A stretch of 64,000 nucleotides of DNA from positions 2,432,001-2,496,000 of the forward strand of contig CAVTBU010000005.1 in the NCBI GenBank assembly GCA_963733035.1, in the 5' to 3' direction. Source of the stretch: Pirellulales bacterium. GTDB lineage: Bacteria; Planctomycetota; Planctomycetia; Pirellulales; PALSA-1355. The first letter of the stretch is position 1. Each line of letters starts with the position of its first letter. The notes beneath the pieces were generated by a model. It saw only the letters and a list, made by a program, of their open reading frames with translations. It did not search any database and was not told the DNA's origin. A program made the position numbers and the translations under genes. Of the stretch, positions 55,001 to 64,000 are shown one piece after another.

Positions 55001-55662
55001 GCAGTGATCGCGTGGAATTGATTTGGGCCGACGGCGCGATCCAGAACATCTGGCTGCAAGTCACCGTGCGCGGCAACGACGCGGCCGGCGGTTTCGATAC
55101 CAACACCGGGCTGGCGGCGAGCGACGTGTTCTACTTTGGCAACCGGATTGGCGATACGTTCGTTGCCACGCCCGACGCCGTTCTTGTAACCAACGCCGGC
55201 GACGAAGTCGGAGCGCGAACGCATTTGGGCTTCATGCAGCCCATCACCAACGTCTATGACTTCAACAAGGACGGACAGGTCAACGCCAGCGACATGATTA
55301 TTGCCCGGCTCAATACGGGTTACTTGTATCGCATCGAACTCCCCAACCCGACACCGCTTGTCCAGGCCGCGGCGGTGACGGCAGACAGCGGAACGTCGCA
55401 GATTGCCTTTGCCCTGGCCGCGCGGGATCATGCCGTCGGTCAACAGAATTCCAAAGCTGGCGATGAACGCCTGATGCAGCTCGGGTTGTGTGATTTCTTG
55501 GCCGCTACGCGTAGCCAGCGCTCATTCGCCGCGATGGCGCCCGCAAGGCTTTGGCTCGCGTCACTCGCCGACCTCTCTCAAGATGCCGGGGAACTATCGG
55601 GTACGAGCGAGGAGTTGGACGACTGGCTCTTGGAATCCATCGCCGTCGGACCAGTCGAATAG
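52057..55662 (+). CDS. LEPR-XLL extracellular protein with ELWxxDGT repeats and C-terminal dockerin-like module
   Basis: FEPLEARQLLT, about 16 ELWxSDGT-type repeats, and FYNNS...DFNKDGQVNASD. Confidence 0.92.
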   Translation: MSLNPRQVVGRLRRFRFHRASFEPLEARQLLTASPVLLADLGGPGSSGPSNLADVGGVTYFQADDGIHGAELWRSDGTAAGTYLARDIDPGSWGSKPGELVNVDGTLYFAATTHDLGTELWKSDGTTEGTVPVADIVPGVAGSSPRNLTAVGNVLFFEAGDASNDWELWRSDGSAAGTYRVKDLNTNGSSFPGHFTNVNGVLFFEASDGFFGRDLWKSDGTAAGTVVVGNASNYKNQRPLFLTNVDGTLYFTAYSNDSTRRLWTSDGTSAGTHSISAYAYPTNLTNFAGALYFGIASTLYRANSPTDIQQIAELNPGIGSSAFASLTPVGNQLFFAGATTADGKELWVTDGTTPGTHMVADLVPGPDGVLPNNLAAVGDTLYFTISDSYESLGGSELWKSDGTALGTVRVKDIWPGPDGAGPNNLTNVGGTLFFSALDVASGRELWTSDGTELGTAQVLDINQQPSADSSPQSFTAAGAITYFVATSLEFGAELWKTDGTTAGTVMVKDIRPGRDSSGAARLTAVDGTLFFFANDGSGYALWRSDGTDEGTQPVPYDWTSAFDPTTALVNANGTLYFGLRDENADYRLWTSDGTATGTHVVAGTQPLVPWTNSQTTWANHLVNIGSDLYYVAVNANDNLRQELWKYDIVSATEQKLADLSEVQTQYAEYNLVNVSGTLFFSVRSASGAYNLWKTDGTPEGTQALSDIAMWQGATPANVNGRLFFAASDADSGVELWTSDGTPEGTVRVDDLVPGSGSVYPGGLTAVGDTLFFVSREPPGSGSPLWKSNGTAAGTMRVNAPDIYNMTGLTNVSGALYFLAQRSGALDELWTSDGTSAGTGQVGTVQPTSSSSLANVNGMLFFAGNDGVHGAEPFIVAPPVVARLFYNNSSFDGNTPAAGASDDAALAIDKLPYLPGSGRAGTNNVSSYYQGINGLFVDLAGPHGEITADDFTFKIGNSNAPDTWIAAPSPVSIAVRPGAGVAGSDRVELIWADGAIQNIWLQVTVRGNDAAGGFDTNTGLAASDVFYFGNRIGDTFVATPDAVLVTNAGDEVGARTHLGFMQPITNVYDFNKDGQVNASDMIIARLNTGYLYRIELPNPTPLVQAAAVTADSGTSQIAFALAARDHAVGQQNSKAGDERLMQLGLCDFLAATRSQRSFAAMAPARLWLASLADLSQDAGELSGTSEELDDWLLESIAVGPVE

Positions 55663-56349
55663 GCCAAGACCAGCTGCGATTGCATTCGAGCGGTTCGCTC
55701 CGCCGCCTCCAGCGCTACCGGTTCGCGGAAGCACCATCTGCGAACTGTGCATTTCGTTCGCAATAAATCTTCTGGACATCCGCCAATCGTTTCCCTACGC
55801 TGAGCGTTGGCGTGTGGGCCACCTTCTTTTGGATCCTTATGATCCCGCGGGCCCACGCGGACGAAAATCGGGTCGACGGCAGGCAGGACGAAGAGGCTCG
55901 CGGGGGCAACGCGAGAGTCCAGCCGAGCGATTGCGTCGTCGTTTTCGTTCTTGGATTTGTTACGGACAGAGGAAGAAGCCATGTTTATCCGTCGATCGGT
56001 CCCGCGCGGACCAGCGCCGCTGCGCGCACCAGAGATTCCGTCGGCACTCGCCTATCGCCACTTGGTCTGCGCGCTTTCCCAAACCGGGGTGTCGATTTGC
56101 AATCGACCGGTGAACGGAATGTGAGCGTCTGGACAAAGATCTACGTCGCGCTGCCTGCCGTGCTGTTTGCGCGGCCGTGAAGCGCGCCTTTGCGCAGTTG
56201 GTTGCAAAGCGGGCGGAGGCCCGGCACCGGCTGGTCGCTGGGGCGCGCGAAGCATGTCGCTCCGGCGGCCGGCCCGGTGTGAGTGGCCAGCTTGCTGCGA
56301 ATTCACGCGGACGCATCTCACGCCGACAATTGCGAACGGATCGATCGCG

Positions 56350-59300
56350 TTACTGACCGTCGGGCTCGTCCATTAGCAGCGCGGGAGTCGTCGGCGGAGG
56401 AGGCGTTTCGATCACTTGGTCGGCGGGCTCCCAGGCAGGAACAACCACAAGGAGCGCATCGAGGGTGTTCCACGAACCGGTGGTCATCGTGAGAATCAGG
56501 CCGGCAGTGATGGCGCCGCTTTGTGCCGAACCGGCGTCGACCGAGATCAGCTCCAGCGGCGGCGCCTGCTTAAGTAACTGGTTAATCACGATGATCACAT
56601 CCGCCATGGTCACTCGACCATCGCGATTGAAGTCCGCGGCATAGTCGATCGGCTGAGCCATTTCACCGTGCGGATCGCGAAGGATCTGGTTGACAACACG
56701 AAACAGGTCGGACGTGCTCACCCGTGCTCGATCCGGCTCGTTGCCGGTGTCGCCGACGTAGTTGCCGAAGAAGAACGTATCGGACTGGGCCAGCCCCGTG
56801 TTGCCGTTGGCCAGCACGATGACCTGCAGCCAGGTGTTTTTGATCGCGCCGTCGGCCCACACGATTTCGACGCGGTCGGACCCGCCGACGCCGGCACCGG
56901 CGAGCACAACGACCGACAGCGGATCGGGGGCGTACGACCAGTGTGACGTATCGCTGCTGGCGCCAAGACGGAAGATGAAGTCGTCGGTCGTGATCGTGCC
57001 GTGCTGACCGGCGAGGTCGACGATGACACCGTTGATGCCACCGCTGTAGCCGGTGTAGTTGGAAAATGTGGCCGTTTGGCCGGGCAACAGGGCAGTCTTA
57101 TCCGTGGCGATGGCCGCATCGTCGGCGGCGTTGGCCGTCGAGTCGTTCCCGTCGAAGGCCGAGTTGTTATAGAAAATATCCCGACCGGCGACGCTCGCCA
57201 GGCCGGGAACGTAGATGCTGATCTTCGAAACGGCGGCTTCACTCTGATTGGTACCGTCGCTGATCACCACGCTCACGTCCACCGTCGTTCCCGCCGCACG
57301 GCTGGCTGCGGTCTGGAAGGTCGCGCTCCGCAGAACTTGCTCGTAGTGGGCGATCGAATCGCTGCCCGAAAGCGTGAGCACGCCGCCGGTGAACGCGGCG
57401 GTGATGAGCGTGCCCGCGACGTCGACCGAGAGCATATCGCCAGGCAGATAGCCGGCGATGGCAATCGTGGCCCCGGCAAGCTGCGTGGCTCCGGCCGGAA
57501 AGATCACCAGCCGGTCGGGATTCCCTACCGGCACCGGCGCGCCATTGGGAATGAAATTCCCCTCGTAACCGATGCCAGGCGGCTCCCCATTGAGATCGAC
57601 GCCAAGTGTGCGCGGGACGGCGAAGCGATCAAGGTGCACCGTGAGAAGATTCTGTAAAGTCAGATTTGAATAGTCGATCGTTCGGGGCGAATCCAACCAG
57701 GTGATTGTCACCTGACCGTCGAGGGCGAGCATGCTCTCGACGCCGGCCTGGCCGAGCCAGCTGCCAACCGAAAACGAACCGCCAATCGCATTGCCTGACG
57801 GATCGTAGGCTCGAATACGAATCGTACCCGGTCTGTCGATGTAGGAATTTGAAACGGAATACGTCGTCCACGGCGTAACATTGATTGTGTCCAGCGGAGT
57901 TATCAGATCGGCGGGTTGAGACACGTACACGGAGAACCGCACGAAGAAGTTGCCGGCAGCATCCATCGCAATGGCGATCGGTTGGCTGAGGACGCTTTCC
58001 GGCGTATCGCTTACCTGCTGGGCACCCCGCAAAAAACGCCCCTCCGCATCGAACCGCTGCACAAACACCTGGTGTTCACCGTTATTGGTTTGAATCCAAC
58101 CGGCGACGAAGCTTCCGGACGCATTGGTTGCCAGCGCGAAATTGCTGGCGCCCACGGCGGGTCCAACCAGCACCGGGTCGAACAGGGGCGTTCCATCCGC
58201 TCCGAAGCGCTGCACAAACACGCCCGACGACGGATGCCTCGCGTCGGTCCAGAGCGCGACAAAGCTGCCGTCGGGGCCGAGCGCGACTTGTACATTCGTT
58301 CCGACGCCCAGCGAAATCGTCGGCCCGACGCTATGTCCGTCGCGGTCGAACTGCTGAATTCGCGCCTGCGGATCGCGAGACGGGGGTGGACCGGGGCCGA
58401 TGATCGCCCGAGAATCAGTATGCGTGTAGCCAACCAGGATGCCGCCGGAATCCGTCATTTGAAATGATGTGATCGTTCCGTACACATCGGCAAGCGTGAA
58501 TTGATCTCCGACAGCCTGCCCGTTGCCGTCGAACCGCTGTGCAAGACGTCCCGTTTCAATATTGTCAAAAATGGAGGCGAAGAGGGCACGCCAGGAAACG
58601 ACGAACTCCCCATCGGCCGTTGCCGCGATGTTCAAGCCGCTTCCGTACCATCCCCCGGAGTCAACCACCATGACGTCTCCGATCGCGGTGCCGTCCGAAT
58701 CGAAGCGCTGTGCCAGGATCCTGCTTTGACTCGTGTCGAGAGTGTTCCTGGGATTGTCAATCCAGGCAACGATATACTTGCCGTCGCCGTAGGTTGCGAT
58801 GGCCGGCGTATCTCCCGAACTTGCCCGTCCGACGCTAATATCGGGCAGCGTGGTTGACGCCGAGGAAACAACGAACGTGCCGTCGAAGTTGCCGCCCGTT
58901 TGAAGATCACCGTCTCCGTCGAGCGCACGACCGATCGTGTCGTAAATCGAATCGAGCGCCACGAGGCGATAGGAGCCCGCATCCAATTTCTCGGAAAGGG
59001 AGAGAATCGCCTGGTTACCCGCGGTGAAGTCAATGCCGCTGATCAGATGGCTGACGTCGACGTTCCCGTTGTACAGTTGCCAATTCGCCGGATTGAGCAC
59101 ACTATGAGCGCCTGCCGCGCCGTCGGTGTTGGCAACTCTCGAAAAGCTGACGATGATCCGGTCTGGGTGGAAATAGATCACGTTCGACGCTTGCTGGGCG
59201 CCGTCTCCCAATTCAACGAGATCCACACGCAGCCCGTCGATGGCATCGAGAGGCTGAACGTATTGCGGCGCGACGATCGCACTGGCCGCCAGCATTTGGC

Positions 59301-59394
59301 GCTCCTCCAGCCCCTCGAAAGACAACCGCGCGAGCGAGGAGCGAACGCGGTGATGGGAGCGAGGGCTCGGCGCACGGCGACGGGGTGATGGCAT
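56350..59394 (-). CDS. LEPR-XLL extracellular protein with QRF/RF repeats and C-terminal dockerin-like module
   Basis: FEGLEERQMLA, ALDGDGD, repeated AQRFDxxG units, LTLSG...YEQVLRS, and FYNNS...DFNRDGRV. Confidence 0.88.
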   Translation of the reverse strand: MPSPRRRAPSPRSHHRVRSSLARLSFEGLEERQMLAASAIVAPQYVQPLDAIDGLRVDLVELGDGAQQASNVIYFHPDRIIVSFSRVANTDGAAGAHSVLNPANWQLYNGNVDVSHLISGIDFTAGNQAILSLSEKLDAGSYRLVALDSIYDTIGRALDGDGDLQTGGNFDGTFVVSSASTTLPDISVGRASSGDTPAIATYGDGKYIVAWIDNPRNTLDTSQSRILAQRFDSDGTAIGDVMVVDSGGWYGSGLNIAATADGEFVVSWRALFASIFDNIETGRLAQRFDGNGQAVGDQFTLADVYGTITSFQMTDSGGILVGYTHTDSRAIIGPGPPPSRDPQARIQQFDRDGHSVGPTISLGVGTNVQVALGPDGSFVALWTDARHPSSGVFVQRFGADGTPLFDPVLVGPAVGASNFALATNASGSFVAGWIQTNNGEHQVFVQRFDAEGRFLRGAQQVSDTPESVLSQPIAIAMDAAGNFFVRFSVYVSQPADLITPLDTINVTPWTTYSVSNSYIDRPGTIRIRAYDPSGNAIGGSFSVGSWLGQAGVESMLALDGQVTITWLDSPRTIDYSNLTLQNLLTVHLDRFAVPRTLGVDLNGEPPGIGYEGNFIPNGAPVPVGNPDRLVIFPAGATQLAGATIAIAGYLPGDMLSVDVAGTLITAAFTGGVLTLSGSDSIAHYEQVLRSATFQTAASRAAGTTVDVSVVISDGTNQSEAAVSKISIYVPGLASVAGRDIFYNNSAFDGNDSTANAADDAAIATDKTALLPGQTATFSNYTGYSGGINGVIVDLAGQHGTITTDDFIFRLGASSDTSHWSYAPDPLSVVVLAGAGVGGSDRVEIVWADGAIKNTWLQVIVLANGNTGLAQSDTFFFGNYVGDTGNEPDRARVSTSDLFRVVNQILRDPHGEMAQPIDYAADFNRDGRVTMADVIIVINQLLKQAPPLELISVDAGSAQSGAITAGLILTMTTGSWNTLDALLVVVPAWEPADQVIETPPPPTTPALLMDEPDGQ

Positions 59395-59602
59395 GGTCGA
59401 AGCTGCGGAGAGGACAGCGTTTCAGCGGCTGCGCAGAGCCATCCTCAATCCGGCTCCGCGGCCTCCAGGTTCCAGCGACTTCCCCTCGCAAGGAGGGAAC
59501 GTCGCCATCAGTTTAAGCGAAGTGCCGCACATGCGCCAAATAAAAATTTCGAGCAGCGCGCACTTGGCCGCCGACCAGAAACGCCAGTTCACAACTAGCT
59601 TA

Positions 59603-60799
59603 TCACTTCCGCGCTCGCGGGTGCTTCAGCGGCAGCCAGGCGCCGCCGTCGGCGCTGCTGGCCACCGACTGCTGGATGAAGTACATGCCTTCGACGCCGT
59701 CGTTGATGTTCGGGTAGACCGTGTCGGTGGTCTCGAACTTCTCGCCGGTCGCCCGGGCGGCCATCGCGTCGTAGGCGGCGCGGTAGACGTTGGCGAAGGC
59801 CTCGAAGAAAGCCTCGGGGTGTCCGCTCGGCAAGCGGCAGGCGGCCTGGCCGGCGGCGTTCATGTACGGAGCATTCGGATCGCGGGTGTAGATGGCGTGC
59901 GGGTGGCCGTTGCGGCGGAAGAGCATCTTGTTCGGTTCTTCCTGCCGCCAGAAGAGCGAACCCTTGGTGCCGTCGATTTCGATCGACAGATCGTTCTCGC
60001 GGCCGTGGCTCACTTGCGAGGCGGTGACCGTGCCAAAGGCGCCGTTTTCGAAGCGGATCAGCGCGGTGCCGTAGTCGTCGAGCTTGCGACCCTTTTCGAA
60101 AATCTGCAGGTAGCAACTGATGGTCTCGGGCAACAGACCCGTCATGTAGCGGCCGAGGTTGTAGGCGTGCGTGCCGATGTCGCCAAAGCAGCCGGCGGCG
60201 CCGCTCTTGGCCGGATCGGTCCGCCAGGCAGCCTGCTTCTGGTCTTCGCTTTCGATCCGCGTGCGGAGCCAGCCTTGCATGTAGTTGGAACGCACGGCGT
60301 TGATCTCGCCCAACTCGCCCGAGAGGATCATCTCGCGCGCCTGGCGCACCAGCGGGTAGCCGGTGTAGTTGTGGCTGACGGCAAACACCGCGCCGCTCTT
60401 GTCGACCACTTTGGCCAGTTCCTCGGCCTGCTTGAGATCGAACGTCATCGGCTTGTCGCAAATGACATTGAAGCCGGCTTCCAGCGCGGCCTTGGCGATT
60501 TCGAAATGCGTGAAGTTGGGCGTGGCCACGCTGACGAAGTCGATTCGCTGGTCGGCCGGCAGCTTGGATTCGGATTCGATCAATTCCTTGTACGAACCGT
60601 AAGCCCGCTGGGGCGGAATATCGTAATCGGGCGCCGAGGCCTTGGCCTTTTCGGGATTCGAGGAGAGCGCGCCAGCCACCAGAGCCGCGCGGTTGTCGAG
60701 CACCGCCGCGGTTGCATGCACGCGACCGATGAAAGCTCCCTGGCCGCCGCCGACCAGTCCCATGCGAAGTTTGCGATTCAGTGCGCCGTTGGTGGACAT
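59603..60799 (-). CDS. Gfo/Idh/MocA-family oxidoreductase
   Basis: [30 protein letters not shown] and PSGHPE. Confidence 0.93.
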   Translation of the reverse strand: MSTNGALNRKLRMGLVGGGQGAFIGRVHATAAVLDNRAALVAGALSSNPEKAKASAPDYDIPPQRAYGSYKELIESESKLPADQRIDFVSVATPNFTHFEIAKAALEAGFNVICDKPMTFDLKQAEELAKVVDKSGAVFAVSHNYTGYPLVRQAREMILSGELGEINAVRSNYMQGWLRTRIESEDQKQAAWRTDPAKSGAAGCFGDIGTHAYNLGRYMTGLLPETISCYLQIFEKGRKLDDYGTALIRFENGAFGTVTASQVSHGRENDLSIEIDGTKGSLFWRQEEPNKMLFRRNGHPHAIYTRDPNAPYMNAAGQAACRLPSGHPEAFFEAFANVYRAAYDAMAARATGEKFETTDTVYPNINDGVEGMYFIQQSVASSADGGAWLPLKHPRARK

Positions 60800-61089
60800 A
60801 GCTCGCTCGTCTCCTCGTATCGGAATGAACCGCGCCGGTGCGGCACGGCTTGATGTGGGGCCTCTTTTTTTAACACATGCAGCCGGTGCTGTCGCGAGGG
60901 CGCCCACGCGAACTTCGGCTGGCTTTCGTCGCCCTAAAGCGGTACGATCGACGTGAGACGCGTTTCGCCGGCCCGGCCCCATTAAGCGACAATCGGGCAG
61001 CGAACCAACAAGGTGCTCGACGGAACGAACGACCTTGCTGGCGCGGGCCGTTGACCGCGCCGACCGAATCCGCGAAAGGATCTCCAGCC

Positions 61090-61614
61090 ATGACCAATTC
61101 GCGAACCGTATGGATGGCGGCCGGCCTGGCACTTGGTTTGATTGTCGGCCTGAACGTGGCCGGCATCTGGCCGCAGATTCCGGTGCACGCCGTGGCGACG
61201 CACGGCCAAGACAATTTTGCCATCGCCACCGGTCCGCTCGACAACGACGTGGAAGCGATCTTCGTGCTCGACGCGGTGACCGGCGATCTGAAGGCCGCGG
61301 CGATGAACGTTCAATCGCGGCGGTTCAACACCTGGTATGAATACAACGTGTCGCGCGATTTGCCTGTGACCGGCAGCAAGAACGCCCAATACCGCATCGT
61401 GACGGGGTTCACCAATATCCGACAGGTTCCCGCCGCCGGACAGCTCGGCCGCACCGTGGTCTACGTCGCCGAGGCGACGACCGGGCAAGTGGCGGCCTAC
61501 GGAGTCCCCTGGGTGCCCGGCCGGTTCACGTCGCCGGTGCCGCTGCGGATGAACCTGATTCTGCTCGACCGCTGGCAGTTCCGCACGGTCCCCGTCCGCG
61601 ACCTTCAACCCTAG
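61090..61614 (+). CDS. Membrane-anchored hypothetical protein
   Basis: RBS AAGGA, N-terminal TM helix, and FAIATG...EAIFVLD...YVAEATTG. Confidence 0.75.
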   Translation: MTNSRTVWMAAGLALGLIVGLNVAGIWPQIPVHAVATHGQDNFAIATGPLDNDVEAIFVLDAVTGDLKAAAMNVQSRRFNTWYEYNVSRDLPVTGSKNAQYRIVTGFTNIRQVPAAGQLGRTVVYVAEATTGQVAAYGVPWVPGRFTSPVPLRMNLILLDRWQFRTVPVRDLQP

Positions 61615-61643
61615 ACCCACCCATCGCACTGTCTGATCACACC

Positions 61644-61844
61644 GTGAAGATCCTCGTCAACGGCGTCCCGCGCGAAGTCGCCCCGGGCACCACCATTGCC
61701 CAACTTCTGGACGAACTCGAAGTCACTGCCCGAGCGGTCGCCGTTGAGGTAAACTTAGAGCTCGTTCCCCGCGCCCGCCATGCGGAACACAAGCTGCAAG
61801 AAGCCGACCAATTGGAAGTGGTTACGCTGGTGGGCGGGGGATAA
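61644..61844 (+). CDS. thiS: Sulfur carrier protein ThiS
   Basis: 66-aa ubiquitin-like fold ending VGGG, directly before thiG. Confidence 0.95.
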   Translation: MKILVNGVPREVAPGTTIAQLLDELEVTARAVAVEVNLELVPRARHAEHKLQEADQLEVVTLVGGG

Positions 61845-61892
61845 CATCCGTGCTTTCGATTGCCGCCGTCCACGAACCCCTAGTCACCCGCC

Positions 61893-62725
61893 ATGTCACT
61901 GCTGCACGAGATCGATCATCTGCAAATCGGTACGCATACGCTCAATAGCCGGCTCATTGTCGGCACGGGCAAGTACGCCAACTACGAGCTGATGAGCCAG
62001 TCACTGGACGCTTCGGGCACCGACTGCATCACCGTGGCGGTGCGGCGCGAACGGCTGATCGACAGCCAGGGGCACAACATTCTCGACTTTATCGACACGC
62101 GGCGGTATACGCTGTTGCCAAACACGGCCGGCTGCTTTTCGGCCGACGATGCCGTGCGGGTGGCGCGGCTGGGCGCGAGATTCTGCTGGGGCTCGAAAAT
62201 CCCGGCGCCGATTGGGTCAAGCTGGAAGTGCTGGGCGATACCAAAACGCTGCTTCCCGATCCGGTGGCCACGCTCGAAGCGACCGAGAAGCTGGTGGCCG
62301 AGGGGTTTCAAGTGCTGTGCTATACGAGTGACGATCCGATCGTGGCTCGCCGTCTGAAAGAAGCCGGCGCCGTGAGCGTGATGCCCGCCGGCAGTCCGAT
62401 CGGTTCGGGGCAGGGAATTCTGAATCCCAACGCCATTCGCATTTGCCTCGAATATCTCAAGGACGGCGATCCGGACTATCCGGTGATCGTCGACGCCGGA
62501 GTGGGCACCGCCAGCGACGTGACGATCGCCATGGAGCTGGGAGTCGACGGCGTGTTGCTCAACACCGGCATCGCGCACGCCCAGGATCCGCTGCAAATGG
62601 CCCGCGCCATGAAGGCCGGTCTCGAAGCCGGCCGGCTGGCCTATCTTTCCGGCCGGATTCCCAAGAAGCTCTACGCCACGGCCAGCAGCCCGGAAACGGG
62701 CACAATTGCGCCGAAGCCGCGGTAG
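61893..62725 (+). CDS. thiG: Thiazole synthase (frameshift near 62172)
   Basis: [10 protein letters not shown] and LPNTAGC, then [23 protein letters not shown] and ASSP. Confidence 0.93.
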
Positions 62726-62773
62726 GCGACGCTTGCCACTTGCCTACCGAAATGATCTTCGGCGCGGCAGTGA

Positions 62774-63988
62774 TCAGTCCACGGCGGTTTGTCGCCCGCT
62801 AGCGTGGAGGTAGATGACTGCCGCCAGCAGCGTCTGAAAGGGAGCCGTGATCAGGCCACCCAGTCCGCACGTGACGGTGGAAAGCAAGTTGCCAATTAGA
62901 ATCACAGGAAAGAGCAACAAGAAAACCGGCAGCAAGTTGTGCATCATAAGCTTTGCAGACAGGCCAAGCGCCGCCAGCACGCCCTCTTCTTTATCCACCA
63001 ATGCCAGGGGAGCCAGGCTGAGTAGGATCGCGACGAAAATCCCCGGCACGATGAGCAGGAACGTCCCCATGCCGACCGCAAGGAACATCAGCAGAAATAC
63101 ACCCACGCCCGGCCAGAGCAATGGCAGCGAATCAATCAGCATCGAAACTTCCGCTGGCTTGCCGCGCGCGAGTTGCAGCATGAACTTGCAATAACCCAGC
63201 GTGAGGTACGTAAGGACGAGAAGATTAACGGATACGAAAAACACGACCACTGAATTCGCCAAAGCGACGGATCCGATCTTCAGCGCGACGACCACCTGGG
63301 CAAACGCCAAGATGGCTCCAATCAAAAGGCCATGAGCCAGGCCGAAGCCAATCATGACGATGACCGTCGCTCCGATACAGGATCCAAGCTTCGCCTTAAA
63401 AATCGCCCACGTCGTCCGCATCGTTTCGCCATAGCGGATTCGCTGAACCTCCCCGTTCTTCCGTGTCGGACGTTCGCTGGCCCTTGGCGATTGGTATGGA
63501 TTCGATTCTAGCGGGCGAGCGGTGGCCGGAGCCGACTGCTCGAAGTCAAGCATCGCGGCGATGTCGTCGAGTGGGTTCTCCGCGCTCGGGTCGCTCGGCG
63601 TTTCATGCGGCACTACGCTTTCCAGCGGCGTAGCAACCGGTACGGCCACCACTGGCAGCGCCTGCGCGGGTTGCGTGTCGACCGGCGAGGCCGGCACCGC
63701 CGAGGCCGGCTTTGCGGTTGTCTGCGGCGTCACCGGCTGGGCCTTCGGCACGGCGGCCGGAGCGGCAGGTTGCGCCGGAGCAGGAGCGGCGGGGCGCGGT
63801 TTCGGTTGGGGCTTCGGCGCGGAGGGCGTGCTCGACGGTGGCGCCATTCCCGGCGGCCAGCGATCGGCGGCCAGATTCGGCACGGCTACGGTCCCGCCGC
63901 ATTGCCGGCACTTCGCCTTGCGACCGGCCATTTCCTCAGGCGCCCGTAGCGGGGCCTGACAAGCAGAACATTTGAACTGAATCGTCAC
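62774..63988 (-). CDS. Zn-ribbon / Pro-Ala linker / multi-TM membrane protein
   Basis: CSAC...CRQC, a long Pro/Ala linker, NPYQSP and about 5 TM helices. Confidence 0.78.
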   Translation of the reverse strand: MTIQFKCSACQAPLRAPEEMAGRKAKCRQCGGTVAVPNLAADRWPPGMAPPSSTPSAPKPQPKPRPAAPAPAQPAAPAAVPKAQPVTPQTTAKPASAVPASPVDTQPAQALPVVAVPVATPLESVVPHETPSDPSAENPLDDIAAMLDFEQSAPATARPLESNPYQSPRASERPTRKNGEVQRIRYGETMRTTWAIFKAKLGSCIGATVIVMIGFGLAHGLLIGAILAFAQVVVALKIGSVALANSVVVFFVSVNLLVLTYLTLGYCKFMLQLARGKPAEVSMLIDSLPLLWPGVGVFLLMFLAVGMGTFLLIVPGIFVAILLSLAPLALVDKEEGVLAALGLSAKLMMHNLLPVFLLLFPVILIGNLLSTVTCGLGGLITAPFQTLLAAVIYLHASGRQTAVD

Positions 63989-64000
63989 TCGGAGCGTCCC

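Noticed and set aside
59393..60853. 486-aa plus-strand ORF
   Set aside because: Antisense shadow of the Gfo/Idh/MocA gene.
60800..61643. TPP riboswitch upstream of thiS/thiG
   Set aside because: No TPP consensus (GCTGAGA...ACCTG...GCGTAGG) was seen.

Overview
High-GC bacterial chromosomal DNA, very likely a Planctomycetota (Pirellulales-like) genome. The markers are DUF1559, DUF1501, DUF1080, LEPR-XLL/Planc_extracel proteins, PEP-CTERM proteins and two BlaI/M56 pairs. Housekeeping genes (aroE-like, aguA/aguB, bioD, rsmE, ilvD, a DEAD-box helicase, glyA, thiS/thiG) alternate with accessory surface and secreted genes. I saw no rRNA, tRNA, CRISPR array or transposase. About 12 single-indel frameshifts interrupt otherwise intact genes, which points to long-read consensus errors rather than pseudogenes; most of them sit next to GCGC. 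Two candidate new systems stand out. (1) A promoter, cobalamin riboswitch, DUF1559 pilin-like gene and DUF4465/PEP-CTERM gene in series (3965-6312), a possible B12 capture module with no btuB/btuFCD in the window. (2) A Tat-exported xanthine-oxidase-family (PaoABC-like) cluster (44253-51792). Its small subunit has lost all four Cys ligands of one [2Fe-2S] cluster, its FAD subunit lacks the PaoB [4Fe-4S] motif, and it is flanked by Cys/His-rich accessory proteins. All family calls come from motif recognition by eye; no database search was run.
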